The translations under genes were made by a program, and so were the position numbers. DNA of 63,719 nucleotides, counting the filler, from Octopus bimaculoides (lineage: Eukaryota): assembly GCF_001194135.2 (NCBI RefSeq). It is 6 parts of 5 records of this genome, joined end to end, with 100 filler letters (N's around TTAATTAATTAA, not from the genome) between each part and the next. Parts side by side here need not be neighbours in the genome. Positions count along the whole stretch, not along the records: positions 47,309 to 53,870 come from NC_069002.1; positions 53,971 to 56,811 come from NC_068981.1; positions 56,912 to 63,719 come from NC_068992.1; 3 more parts are not named here. One strand, given 5' to 3'. Under the pieces are notes generated by a model. That model did no database searches and was not told where the DNA came from. It saw nothing but the letters and a program-made list of their open reading frames with translations. Numbering within the stretch: position 1 is the first letter of the stretch; each line of letters opens with the position of its first letter. Shown here piece by piece: positions 49,549 through 60,534 of the stretch.

Positions 49549-50639
49549 TTATATATATATATATATGCATATAGTATATATATATAAAATATATATATAT
49601 GTATATANNNNNNNNNNNNNNNNNNNNNNNNNNNNNNNNNNNNNNNNNNNNNNNNNNNNNNNNNNNNNNNNNNNNNNNNNNNNNNNNNNNNNNNNNNNNN
49701 NNNNNNNNNNNNNNNNNNNNNNNNNNNNNNNNNNNNNNNNNNNNNNNNNNNNNNNNNNNNNNNNNNNNNNNNNNNNNNNNNNNNNNNNNNNNNNNNNNNN
49801 NNNNNNNNNNNNNNNNNNNNNNNNNNNNNNNNNNNNNNNNNNNNNNNNNNNNNNNNNNNNNNNNNNNNNNNNNNNNNNNNNNNNNNNNNNNNNNNNNNNN
49901 NNATAGGTATGTATGTATGTATACATGCATGTATGAATGTATGTATGTATGTATGTATGTATGTACGTATGTATGTATGTATGTATGTATGTATAGACTG
50001 TTTGAAGTGGTGTAAAGATTTTATATACTAAGGAGGAGGCAGTCAGGATTTTGGATAATTATTTATTTGGCGCTTTCATCTCTTTTGAGAGAGTTATCAT
50101 GAATGGTTTATTTACAGAGACTTCATACCTTTTATATATTTTATGTGTGTGTTGAATTCGGAGGAGGATGTTCTTTGTTATTTGGAGTTTATATGTGTGT
50201 GTGTGTCTATGTATGTATGTATGTGTGTGTGTGTGTAAGTAAGTGTGTGATGAAGTTTTTGAGTCCATGTTAGAAAGAGAAAAAAAGAAAGAAAGAAAGG
50301 GGTCATTTTTGGGGGATGGTTGAAATTGCCGTGGTCAGTTGTCATGTTACTCAGCTGTAGAAAATAGAATCTATCAAATTGTTTTAGAAGGTTTTTAAAT
50401 GTGCGTGTATGTGTGTGTGTGCATGTCGAAGAGTATGTCTGAGAGATTGTGAGTGTGTGTGTGTGTGTGTGTGTTGTGCTTAAGTGAATTTTTATAGTTA
50501 TTTAAGTAACTGTTATGAGAACATTATTAATGATATCTAGAGGTAATGTGATTTTGTTACTCTGAGACAATAATTTTTTTAATAAGGATTTCTCACGTGT
50601 TTATCACTATAATTTTTCTTTTTTATACGTTTAGTCTAG

Positions 50640-50990
50640 GTAAGAACTTTTTGATAAAATGTAGTTTCCATAATTTTTCGGTACTTCGGGACATATCCTG
50701 GGCATCTGTAGAAGGGAAAGATCTTGAATCTGTTGTTTCCACATATATGTTCAGATGCTTGCTCGGCTGAATCTTGCGTAATTCTTTTTGTCTGACGTGT
50801 TGTCTGTGGATTCTTGCACGTTAACAAGGAAAATTGTTGGTTTCACCAATATAATTTTCTTTGCAATTGGGACAAGACATGAGATTCTGTGTCTTGCAGA
50901 TTATATCTTCAATTACTTGAAAGGTGAATCCACTTTTAGAATTTATGTGAGAAACAGTAGCCAAATATTTGAATTGCTGTTCTTACATGC
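50640..50990 (-). mobile_element. Penelope-like element fragment (GIY-YIG), third copy
   Basis: Minus strand SGFTFQVIEDIICKTQNLMSCPNCKENYIGETNN, then ASEHICGNNRFKIFPFYRC...RKIMETTF, paralleling the C-terminus of the 35598-35951 domain. Confidence 0.75.
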
Positions 50991-51234
50991 TCTACATCTA
51001 TTATCTCCATAGTCCTTCGCGGAGAATTCTGAATTAAACTCTGATGTGAAATTTGCCTTCGTGAGATGTTTTCTAAGTTCTCAGTCGCTTGCACATTAAC
51101 TTCACGAGTAGGTTGTTCGATTGTTCGAACCAAGTGGAACAATCGTTATGGTAACTGACGTAGCGCCAGTTACATGTATGTAACTAAGTACACACACACA
51201 CACACACAAATATAATTATATGTGCATGTTATTC

Positions 51235-51525
51235 TTTTATTCCTTTATTTGTTTCAGTCAGTTGACTGGGGGCATGCCGGAGCACTGCTTCCAGTCGAAC
51301 AAATCGACCCCAGGACTTATTCTATCGATCGCTTTTGTCGAACCGCTAAGTTGCGGGGAAGTAAACACACCAACATCGATTGTCAAGCAATGGTGGGGGG
51401 ACAAACACAGACACACAATCATATACATATATTTATATATATATACGACGGGCTTCTTACAGTTTCCGTCTACCAAATCCACTCACAAGGCTTTGGTCGG
51501 CCCGGGGCTATAGTAGAAGACACTT
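51235..51525 (-). mobile_element. SINE family A (head truncated)
   Basis: Colinear with 1790-2115. Confidence 0.85.
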
Positions 51526-51596
51526 GCATATATAAATATATACACCAATTTGCATTCTTTTTATTAGTGCTTAAAACTTCATTTCATATGCATATA

Positions 51597-52766
51597 CAGG
51601 GTGCGTAAGGTATTTGAGGACATTCTTTTTGTGGGTCATTGCTACATTTTTTGCTAACTCTGTATAATCTTTGTTTCAGAAAATAATAATGCCAGAACCT
51701 CAGCTTACTCAAGAAATGAAGAGGCATGCTGTTATTGTAGTTATAAATGCTGAGCGTAGCAATTTAGAAATATCTCGAGTTTTAAAAGTTACCAGATCTT
51801 TCGTCTACAAAGTTTGTGAGGTGCTAGGGAATGCAGATGGAAACGTGTCACCAATATTAGAGCATAAAAAGCATTCTAAACGTCCTGAAATCATCAGAAC
51901 ACCTGAATTTATCCAGCAAGTTCAACAGACCATTGATTATAATCCCAGAAAGTCGATGAGGCCAATTGCAAAAGATCTCTATGTGTGAGAAGAAACAGTC
52001 AGACATGTTGTCCACGAAGACATCAGTCATAAGTCTTATATGATGAGGAAAGGTCAATGCCATAAAAAGCAAAAGAAAATCACTACATCAGATCTAAAAG
52101 GCTCTTAAACACTGAAAAATCTAGCAGAAGAAGATTTGATTTGGTTTTTCTCAAACAAGAAAAACTTCGACCAGGATCAAAAAGTTAACAGAAGAATGAC
52201 AGATGGTTATGTGTAGATTCTTCTGAAGTTCCAAGTGTTATACATACAAAATTTCTTGCAACTTTCATGATTTTAGGGGCTGTGATGCCTCCTTACTTCT
52301 TTCCACAAGCCTTACAGTTAGCTCTGCCGCCTAGAAATAATTAAACCTTGGATAGACAGTGTATGCAATGGAAGGCCATATGTGTTTCAGTAAGACTCTG
52401 CACTATTACACATTGCTCTAGTAACACAGGAATGGATGGCTGAAAATTATCATGATCACATATCCCCAAACATTTGGCCTCTTAATTCCCCAGATCTCAA
52501 TCCATTGGACTATTACATGTGGAGCGTTGTTGAGAGAGAAGTCAATGAACACACCCATAACATTAAAGATTCTTTGAAAACTGACAGAGTAATGTACAAA
52601 ATGAACCAGGACCACTTCATTCGAGCATGAAGATGATTTAGAAATAGAATAGAAGCTATTGTTGAAGTTGAAGCATTTTTTGATAAATAAAGTTACTATC
52701 TGTAATTATATATCTGGGGTTTTTTTTATAAACATAAAACTGTTCTCAAATATCTTATGCACCCTG
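51597..52766 (+). mobile_element. DD37D (maT-type) Tc1/mariner transposon, full length, decayed
   Basis: 26-bp TIRs CAGGGTGCGTAAGGTATTTGAGGACA / CAGGGTGCATAAGATATTTGAGAACA, TA on both flanks. 37 residues lie between the D of Q*DSA and the D of SPDLNPLDY. The ORF has stops and frameshifts. Confidence 0.92.
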
Positions 52767-53281
52767 TACATATACAGCTCTCTGCAACTACTAGATTTAA
52801 TATTGTTCATAAGCAGAAATGGCTACTTGTTTCGCTAGGATTGGCCAAGTAGTGCAAAACCTCTGATGAGACCCCAATAATCCTCGAAAATCGGCTAAGG
52901 TTGTTTATCATTTTTTCCAATCGACAGAGAGATAGAGGAATCTGACATATTTGTACGTCTACAACGTAGATATACATACATATCAAAGGAAATTTGCTAC
53001 TAGGTTGCATTGAGAAACATGTTTGTATAAGAACCATCAGCAATTGGAAGGATTTTGTGTGATAACTCAATGAATAAGAAATAGCAGCCAAATCACCTTT
53101 ATATCACTAACATAAAATTATTGCATTAAAAGAAGGACACAGTGAAGAACAGGGCTATGTATTTAGAGCATTATTTAAAAAATTTGGTTCAGCGTTTTTG
53201 CCGAACCGCTCAGTAACAGGGACGTAAACACACCAATATCACTCTTTGTTTCAGTTTCTGTGTACCATATACACTCACATA

Positions 53282-53329
<48 letters not shown>

Positions 53330-53439
53330 CTTTCTTGAATGTATAAATAGACATATATATGATTATGTGTGTGTACATTGAAACGTATAATCATGCATGC
53401 GCATGTAGATGTGTGTACATACGTGTATATTTATGTGTT

Positions 53440-53480
<41 letters not shown>

Positions 53481-53788
53481 GTGTGTGTGTGTGTGCGTGT
53501 GCGTGTGAGTCAATATTTTATTTCTCCGGGTGTAATATTGTTTTTTCAATAACCTGAATAGAAAATATTTTGACAATTCAGTTATATGTTATTAATTTAT
53601 TACCGATATCTTCCCTTGTTGTTGCTCGGCTAGGCGGTTGGTTAGCCGCCATTCTTGCTGGCTGCTTTACAGCCTCACTGGCTGTCTTGGAGGATTCTTC
53701 CTCCTCTTTGGAAGCTTCTCTTTCTCATTTGTTCTTGTAAATGAATCGATTTGAACGAAATTGTTGAAATTTTTTAGCCTTCTACCCT

Positions 53789-53824
<36 letters not shown>

Positions 53825-53970
53825 GTATATTCATATATGTATATGCACACACACACACACACACACACACNNNNNNNNNNNNNNNNNNNNNNNNNNNNNN
53901 NNNNNNNNNNNNNNTTAATTAATTAANNNNNNNNNNNNNNNNNNNNNNNNNNNNNNNNNNNNNNNNNNNN

Positions 53971-54225
53971 ATATATGGTGGTTGTCTACTCCTTAAACAG
54001 AGTTTGACCACCTCCTGCACCTACACCTTAGCCCTTTCATGGCGTCTGATGTGGCTTTTTAAACCAGACAGTGTTTTGAAAAAACACCCACACAGATTGC
54101 ACCTCTGATTTGCACTACCAATACCTGCAAGTAAGTTCTGCTCATTGTGGATCCTAACATGTCTTTTAAGACCCCCATTGGATTTGCAAACCCTCTGGCA
54201 CACACCACATTCAAACGTGTGCACA
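53971..54225 (-). mobile_element. LINE-type ORF C-terminus with two C2H2-like zinc fingers plus short 3'UTR
   Basis: CGVCQRVCKSNGGLKRHVRIH-15aa-CNLCGCFFKTLSGLKSHIRRH then a stop at 54021. No TGEKP linker and no upstream splice acceptor; abuts a SINE tail. Confidence 0.5.
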
Positions 54226-54280
54226 GACATATATATATATTCTTTTATTCTTTTACTTGTTTCAGTCATATACATATATA

Positions 54281-54311
<31 letters not shown>

Positions 54312-54829
54312 GCGTGCGCACACACACACACACACTTATAGGTATACGAAGAGGTGCTGAAAAGCTCTTAATTTTAAGGTGTCGCGAAAGGTCTAGCTGA
54401 AGGCCCAACATTCAGAGTTCTCTTGCAGAGCTTAGTAAAACTGAAGGACTGCTGCTGCTGCAAAAAAAAAAAAAAAGAAACCTAAAAAACCCCCCGTTAG
54501 TTGAAAGAATGAATAGAAACTAATTTCAAATGTATATTTGTCTATGTAAATTGTATATTTTATACATACAAACTTTACTATGCTCCATTCTCAATCTGAA
54601 CTGTCCGACGAAAGGGAACGTGTAATTCTCAGTTGCAGCTTTGTGATATTTTTGTGATGTTTTTGCAGTTTTAATAATAATAAAATGCGTGTATATATGT
54701 GTGTGTTTGTTTGAGTGTGTGTGTGTGTGTTTGTTTGAGTGTGTGTGTGTGTGTGTGTGTATTAAATAATATGATACAACAATGCCCAGGGTGAGTGGAA
54801 TTTTCAGAACATTTATAAAGAAAAAGTTA

Positions 54830-54877
54830 GTCTTACAGCTGTTTCTGGGTTATTAAGGATATCCCTTCATCAGAGAC
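54830..54877 (-). ncRNA. Minimal type I hammerhead ribozyme motif, Penelope-associated type
   Basis: Minus strand GUCU-CUGAUGA-AGGGAUAUCCUUAAUAACCCA-GAAA-C-AGCU-G-UA|AGAC: both core boxes, stem I GUCU/AGAC, GUA cleavage triplet, palindromic ACAGCUGU stem III. Confidence 0.72.
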
Positions 54878-55122
54878 GATGTGAGATAGTTAAATGGAGG
54901 AAAATAGCAGAATCCAATATAAGGATGGAAATAAGAAGTATAAAGTAATATAAGAGACTAAAAGTAAGAATAAAAAAATATGTAGGATGTTATAGTTGCA
55001 GTTCCATTATCCAAAGAAAGTGGTGTATAGATGTGGTAGAAATGCTTCTTGTCCGTGGTATGTAAATTCCGATACGAGTTCATATTTTGTCATTGCAAAT
55101 GGAAATTGTGGAGACGTAGATT

Positions 55123-55153
<31 letters not shown>

Positions 55154-56276
55154 NNNNNNNNNNNNNNNNNNNNNNNNNNNNNNNNNNNNNNNNNNNNNNN
55201 NNNNNNNNNNNNNNNNNNNNNNNNNNNNNNNNNNNNNNNNNNNNNNNNNNNNNNNNNNNNNNNNNNNNNNNNNNNNNNNNNNNNNNNNNNNNNNNNNNNN
55301 NNNNNNNNNNNNNNNNNNNNNNNNNNNNNNNNNNNNNNNNNNNNNNNNNNNNNNNNNNNNNNNNNNNNNNNNNNNNNNNNNNNNNNNNNNNNNNNNNNNN
55401 NNNNNNNNNNNNNNNNNNNNNNNNNNNNNNNNNNNNNNNNNNNNNNNNNNNNNNNNNNNNNNNNNNNNNNNNNNNNNNNNNNNNNNNNNNNNNNNNNNNN
55501 NNNNNNNNNNNNNNNNNNNNNNNNNNNNNNNNNNNNNNNNNNNNNNNNNNNNNNNNNNNNNNNNNNNNNNNNNNNNNNNNNNNNNNNNNNNNNNNNNNNN
55601 NNNNNNNNNNNNNNNNNNNNNNNNNNNNNNNNNNNNNNNNNNNNNNNNNNNNNNNNNNNNNNNNNNNNNNNNNNNNNNNNNNNNNNNNNNNNNNNNNNNN
55701 NNNNNNNNNNNNNNNNNNNNNNNNNNNNNNNNNNNNNNNNNNNNNNNNNNNNNNNNNNNNNNNNATGAACCTTTACGAAAAATCAAACAACAAATACAAA
55801 AAGAAAGGAAGGAGAAAAAGAAAATTATCAAAACTGAAACAATCACATTTCGATACTGTAATGACAGATACATACAAAATTACTTTGCCCCTCTAAAATT
55901 AACTATTTCTATTCCTCTTACACATCGTTTCAATTGCTACTTTCTCTTACAAACGATCCAAGAAAAAAGACAAAGAAACGAAGGGGAGTGAGAGTCAAAT
56001 AAACAGACACACTGCCAATCATACGTAAATACACACATATATATGTACCTATGGTTACCAATGACCTCATTCTAAGAGAAACGAAAGAAAAAGAGTCAAA
56101 TAAATATTTTTCCCTGTAACACAATGTCATTTCCTCTTTCTATAACAACTTTCACCTTTTATTCCGCACATGAAATGCCACCTATACACTTACATACAAA
56201 TACACANNNNNNNNNNGAAATGCCACCTATACACTTACATACAAATACACAGATACATGCAAATACCTGTCACTTA

Positions 56277-56811
56277 CAAGAAGCTGCGATCAGATTCCTA
56301 CATCCATTTGCGTGATGGCATCAATAATGATGTTGACCCAAGAAACATCGGCAAAATGTGCATTCTCCCCTCAACATATACAGGGGGGCCACGATACATG
56401 CACGAGCGAACACAAGACGCTATGACTTTCGTTCGGCACTATGGACGCCCTGATTTATTCATCACGTTTACATGTAACCCCAAGTGGGTTGAGGTAACAC
56501 GGGAACTTCTCCCACACCAGCAGTACTGCCATCGGCATGATCTTATTGCCAGGATTTTCAAGCAGAAGCTGACTAGGCTAATTGATTTCATCAAAAAAGG
56601 GCAGGTGTTTGGCCTTGTTAAGTGTCACATGTATACTGTTGAGTGGTAGAAGAAAGGGTTGCCACACGCACACATTTTGGTTTGGTTTGTCACCAAAATA
56701 GACCCTACACTTATAGATGAAATCATCAAAGCAGAAATCCCAAACCCCACTGTTGACCGACAGCTGTACGACATTGTCAAGGCACACATGGTGCATGGTC
56801 CGTGCGGTCCC
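56277..56811 (+). mobile_element. Helitron Rep (HUH endonuclease) fragment
   Basis: ILPSTYTGGPRYMHERTQDAMTFVRHYGRPDLFITFTCNPKW...VEW*KKGLPHAHIL...MVHGPCG. One in-frame TAG; cut off by a gap. Confidence 0.92.
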
Positions 56812-56916
56812 NNNNNNNNNNNNNNNNNNNNNNNNNNNNNNNNNNNNNNNNNNNNTTAATTAATTAANNNNNNNNNNNNNNNNNNNNNNNNNNNNNNNNN
56901 NNNNNNNNNNNAGCCC

Positions 56917-57218
56917 TGTAGTAACGCTGTGCGCATGCGTGCAATTCAACAACCAAGCTTTCCCGCTTCATTCTGCCTCTTTCTTGCTGGCCAGCAATTG
57001 AGCAAGGACGTGTTTAGCTGTCTCTCTCCATCTTTCGAACTTACGCTAGACAGCTCGCTCACATCTATATACCAACATCCCAACAACCATGCTCACACAC
57101 ACAGAAGACGTCTCAACAAACAAGAGCTAAAGATGTATATATTAACCACCTTAAAATAAATAATTGTTATGTTGATAGTCTGGAGTTCAGCGTTCCGTTA
57201 TATTCTTAATTTTATACA
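56917..57218 (+). mobile_element. Possible solo LTR
   Basis: Begins TGTAGTAACGCTG, has AATAAA near 57155, a partial terminal inverse CAGCGTT, and ends near ...TTATACA. No partner copy is seen. Confidence 0.35.
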
Positions 57219-57254
57219 GGAAAGTCAGGTATACATCTAATGATGTATAACCCA

Positions 57255-59848
57255 CTTTCCTATAAGTTCTTCATCATTCTCCTGGTCAGCTGCTATACGT
57301 GCCAGATCAATTGTAGCCATGGTGTTGATAGCATTGATCTGCATGCGTGAAAGTGCATCGGCTGCTAAGTTGGTCGTCCCTTTGATGTGGCGTATATCCG
57401 TCGTATACAGCGATATGAAGTCGAGGTGGTGGATTTCTCTCGGCGAGTGGTGATCAGGCTTTGTATTAAATGCATACACCAGTGGTTTGTGGTCGGTGTA
57501 TATGGCAAAATCGGTACCTTCTAGCATGTGTTAGAAATGCTTAATGGCCAGGTATGCCGCTAATAATTCCCGACTGAAAGTACTGTATTTTATTTCAGTG
57601 GGTTTTAACCGTTTAGAAAAGAAAGACAACGGTTGCCATATACCATCAACAAGCTGCTGTAGCACACCTCCAACTCTGGAATCGGATGCATCAACTAGTA
57701 CACACAGTGGGGCATCTGGTTTTGTATACAACAACATGGTAGCGTTGGATAACGCTTTTTTCAGGGCAGCGGAAGAGGTGGGTTGATCTTCATTCAAGAC
57801 AATATTCGTGTTTTTGCAAGTTTGCTGACATAGCAAATCTGTGAGTGGTTGCGTTATCTCAGCGAGGTGGGGTAAAAATCTGCGATTGAAATTCACTAAA
57901 CTGAGAAACTCCCTTAATTTGCAGAGAGATGTAGGTGGTGGAAAATCCACGATGGCCTTGACATTCTCTGGAAGGGAACGAATGCCATCTTTATCAACGA
58001 TGTACCTGAGAAAATGAAGGGAAGCAACTCCGAACGAACACTTGCTGGGGTTGATAACACTATTTGCGCAGGCATTCAAATAGCAGGTGCAGGTGTTGTT
58101 CATGTTCTTCATCTAAGCTACTGGCCACGAGTATGTCGTCTATGTAGGCATAGACAAAAGGCAAACCTCTGGTAACCATATCGATAAACCTTTCGAATGT
58201 CTGTGCCGCGTTGCATAAACTGAAAGGCATATGCAGGAATTCAAACATTCCGAAGGGTGTCGTAACTGCTGTTTTGGGGATGTTCGCAATTTCCACCGGG
58301 ATTTAGCTGTATGCTCGCACAAGATCGATCTTTGAAAAGATGCAAGCTCCATGCAGCGAAATAGAAAAATCCTGAAGATAGGGGACATGCAGTTGTTCAG
58401 CAATCAATAATCACAGCAAATTCGCCAATCGGTCGATGACTTTTTTGGAATACAGTGTATTGGTGAGGACCAGTTGCTGCTAGATGGGCAGATGATTCTA
58501 ATGTCGAGCATATGCTGGAATTCCCGCTTGATGGCCTTGAGACGATCAGGTAGTAATCTTCTGGGTCTTGCAGCAACAGGTGGACCGCTAGTTTTGATGT
58601 GGTGGGTAACTTTGTGTTTGATTGGCTGGCTATGGAATACTGGTCGAGCGACATCCGGATATTCTTTCAGGATAGCACTGTGGCGAGTTATCGTCGTTAG
58701 CAAAATAGTTGAGCTGACTGTAGCCATATGAGCGGCTATACCGCACACAGTGAGCTGTATGGTGCTGTCCACCAGTCTCCTGTGTTTAATTTCTATGAGG
58801 AAACCAAAATGATGCAGGAAATCGGCTCCTAAGACAGGGGTCGGCAGTTTAGTTATGACGAATACCCACTGGAAGGTGCTGCGTAGTCCTAAGTTCAGCG
58901 TCAGGGACTGTTCACTGTAGGTTGGAATGGGTGAATGGTTAACTGCCTGAAGACAGACTGATGTCTCTTTTCTTTTTCCTGAAGTGTTGGAAACAGGGAT
59001 GATGCTGACTTCCACGCCGGTGTCAACCAGGAAATGCGTGCCTGTTACACGATTGCAAACGAAAAACTGGCGACTTTGTGGGTGCAAGCCAGGAACTTCT
59101 GTCATGTTCAATTCCTGGCTGTGTCGTTTCCCGAACTGGATGTTGAAAACAAGCATGGGATCATGCATTTCTATGTCCAGGTTCCGAACTTTCAGTGGTA
59201 CCAACATGTTTCATGCAAGTTGAGGGTAGCACTTGGGCTTTGGGACCATCTACCACAACGACGAGATCAGCTGTTGTTTCAACACAGGGTACCAGGCCAT
59301 AGGGCATTATCTGCTCTGTCAGGGCCTGTATCTGTGTTGCCCACTGAGTGACCAATGCACGCAAGTCAGAAATTTCCAAAGCACTGGACAACAAAAGGAA
59401 AGGATTGGTGGAAGGAATTGCTGCCTGGAATGCCATGTCAACCATGGATGTGTTCGCCACTGGGTTCTGTTCTGGGGGAGCCATTATGTGCCAATCAGTC
59501 GCAGGAATTTTCAGTTCTGTTTCATTGCCGGGTGATGTGCAAACTGTGATTCTTTAACGGGAACACAAAGTGTAGTGCCGAAATGGAAAATTTAAAAGCA
59601 TTACAAAAAATGTCTTCATTTTCCAAATGCAATTAAGTTGGTGAAGCTGATTGAATGGAAGGCTGCAATTCTTTGATGGGGTCACCAAATGTAGTGGTTA
59701 AGTGTGTATCAGTATGTGTTAAGGTGAACAAATGCGATAGGCATGTGGATACCTTTGAAGTAAACAAATAAATGACATCAATTCATAGTTAAAATAATTT
59801 ATTTACTGTACTTGCATTTGCCTTTGGTATACAATATTCTTCACTACA
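57255..59848 (-). mobile_element. Ty3/Gypsy LTR retrotransposon, decayed (5' LTR, gag, protease, RT, RNase H; integrase and 3' LTR absent)
   Basis: gag remnant CWYH*KFG; FLVDTGVEVSIIP; KTAVTTPFGMFEF...AYIDDILVAS; LVDASD...WQPLSFFSKRL...RELLAAYLAIKHF; YTDHKPL; AADALSR. Confidence 0.92.
59678..59848 (-). promoter_or_regulatory. 5' LTR (59690-59848, 159 bp) and primer-binding site of the Gypsy element
   Basis: TGTAGTG...CACTACA inverted termini, followed on the minus strand after 2 nt by TGGTGACCCC (59687-59678), a typical Gypsy PBS start. Confidence 0.8.
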
Positions 59849-59932
59849 TGTAATTGTTGACAACTGCTAAGAGTTGCTAGTAATAGAAACAGGGTACATC
59901 TGTGGAGGTGATATGTCAGAACTGAATATGTT

Positions 59933-59963
<31 letters not shown>

Positions 59964-60332
59964 TGTTCATCTGAGAAAGTAGTCTGTCATGAACCTTTCT
60001 ATCTGCCAGTGTGCCATGAACCTTTGAGTCTGTCTGCCAAAGCCTTTCTGTCTGTCTCTTTGTTGACCATGGTATTTTATAACCGCTGTGGCAGCTAGAA
60101 GGACAGACATACTACAGCAGAGATTGTGCCTAAATAGGTCAGTTCCTGTTCATTTGAACTTCGCCTGACATGGCTGAGGTCGTAGGTCAAAAGGAAATGA
60201 TTTATCATTTTTTGACAGAACAAAGAAAACCTTTTTTCTCGCCTGTTGATTATGGCGGTTTGGACGACCAAGAATCCTTAGATTCAGTTTCGAATCTAAG
60301 CTTGGAGAAGGAAGGATTAATTTTTACAAGTA

Positions 60333-60525
60333 CGGGTGACACGTAAAAGCACCCACTACACTCTCTGAGTGGTTGGCGTTAGGAAGGGCATCCAGCTGTA
60401 GAAACTCTGCCAAATTAGATTGGAGCCTGGTGTTGCCATCCGGTTTCACCAGTCCTCAGTCAAATCGTCCAACCCATGCTAGCATGGAAAGTGGACGTTA
60501 AACGATGATGATGATGATGATGATG
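60333..60525 (+). mobile_element. RTE LINE 3'UTR fragment with (GAT)n tail
   Basis: 60333-60503 matches 7225-7395 at 168 of 171 positions (counted by eye). Confidence 0.9.
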
Positions 60526-60534
60526 TATATGTCA

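Noticed and set aside
54021-54225. Two C2H2 fingers as an exon of a host zinc-finger gene
   Set aside because: No TGEKP linker, no acceptor, an immediate stop and short tail; fits a LINE C-terminus better. Not fully excluded.
56171-56252. ~35-bp direct repeat across a 10-N gap
   Set aside because: Typical overlapping contig ends; treated as an artefact.
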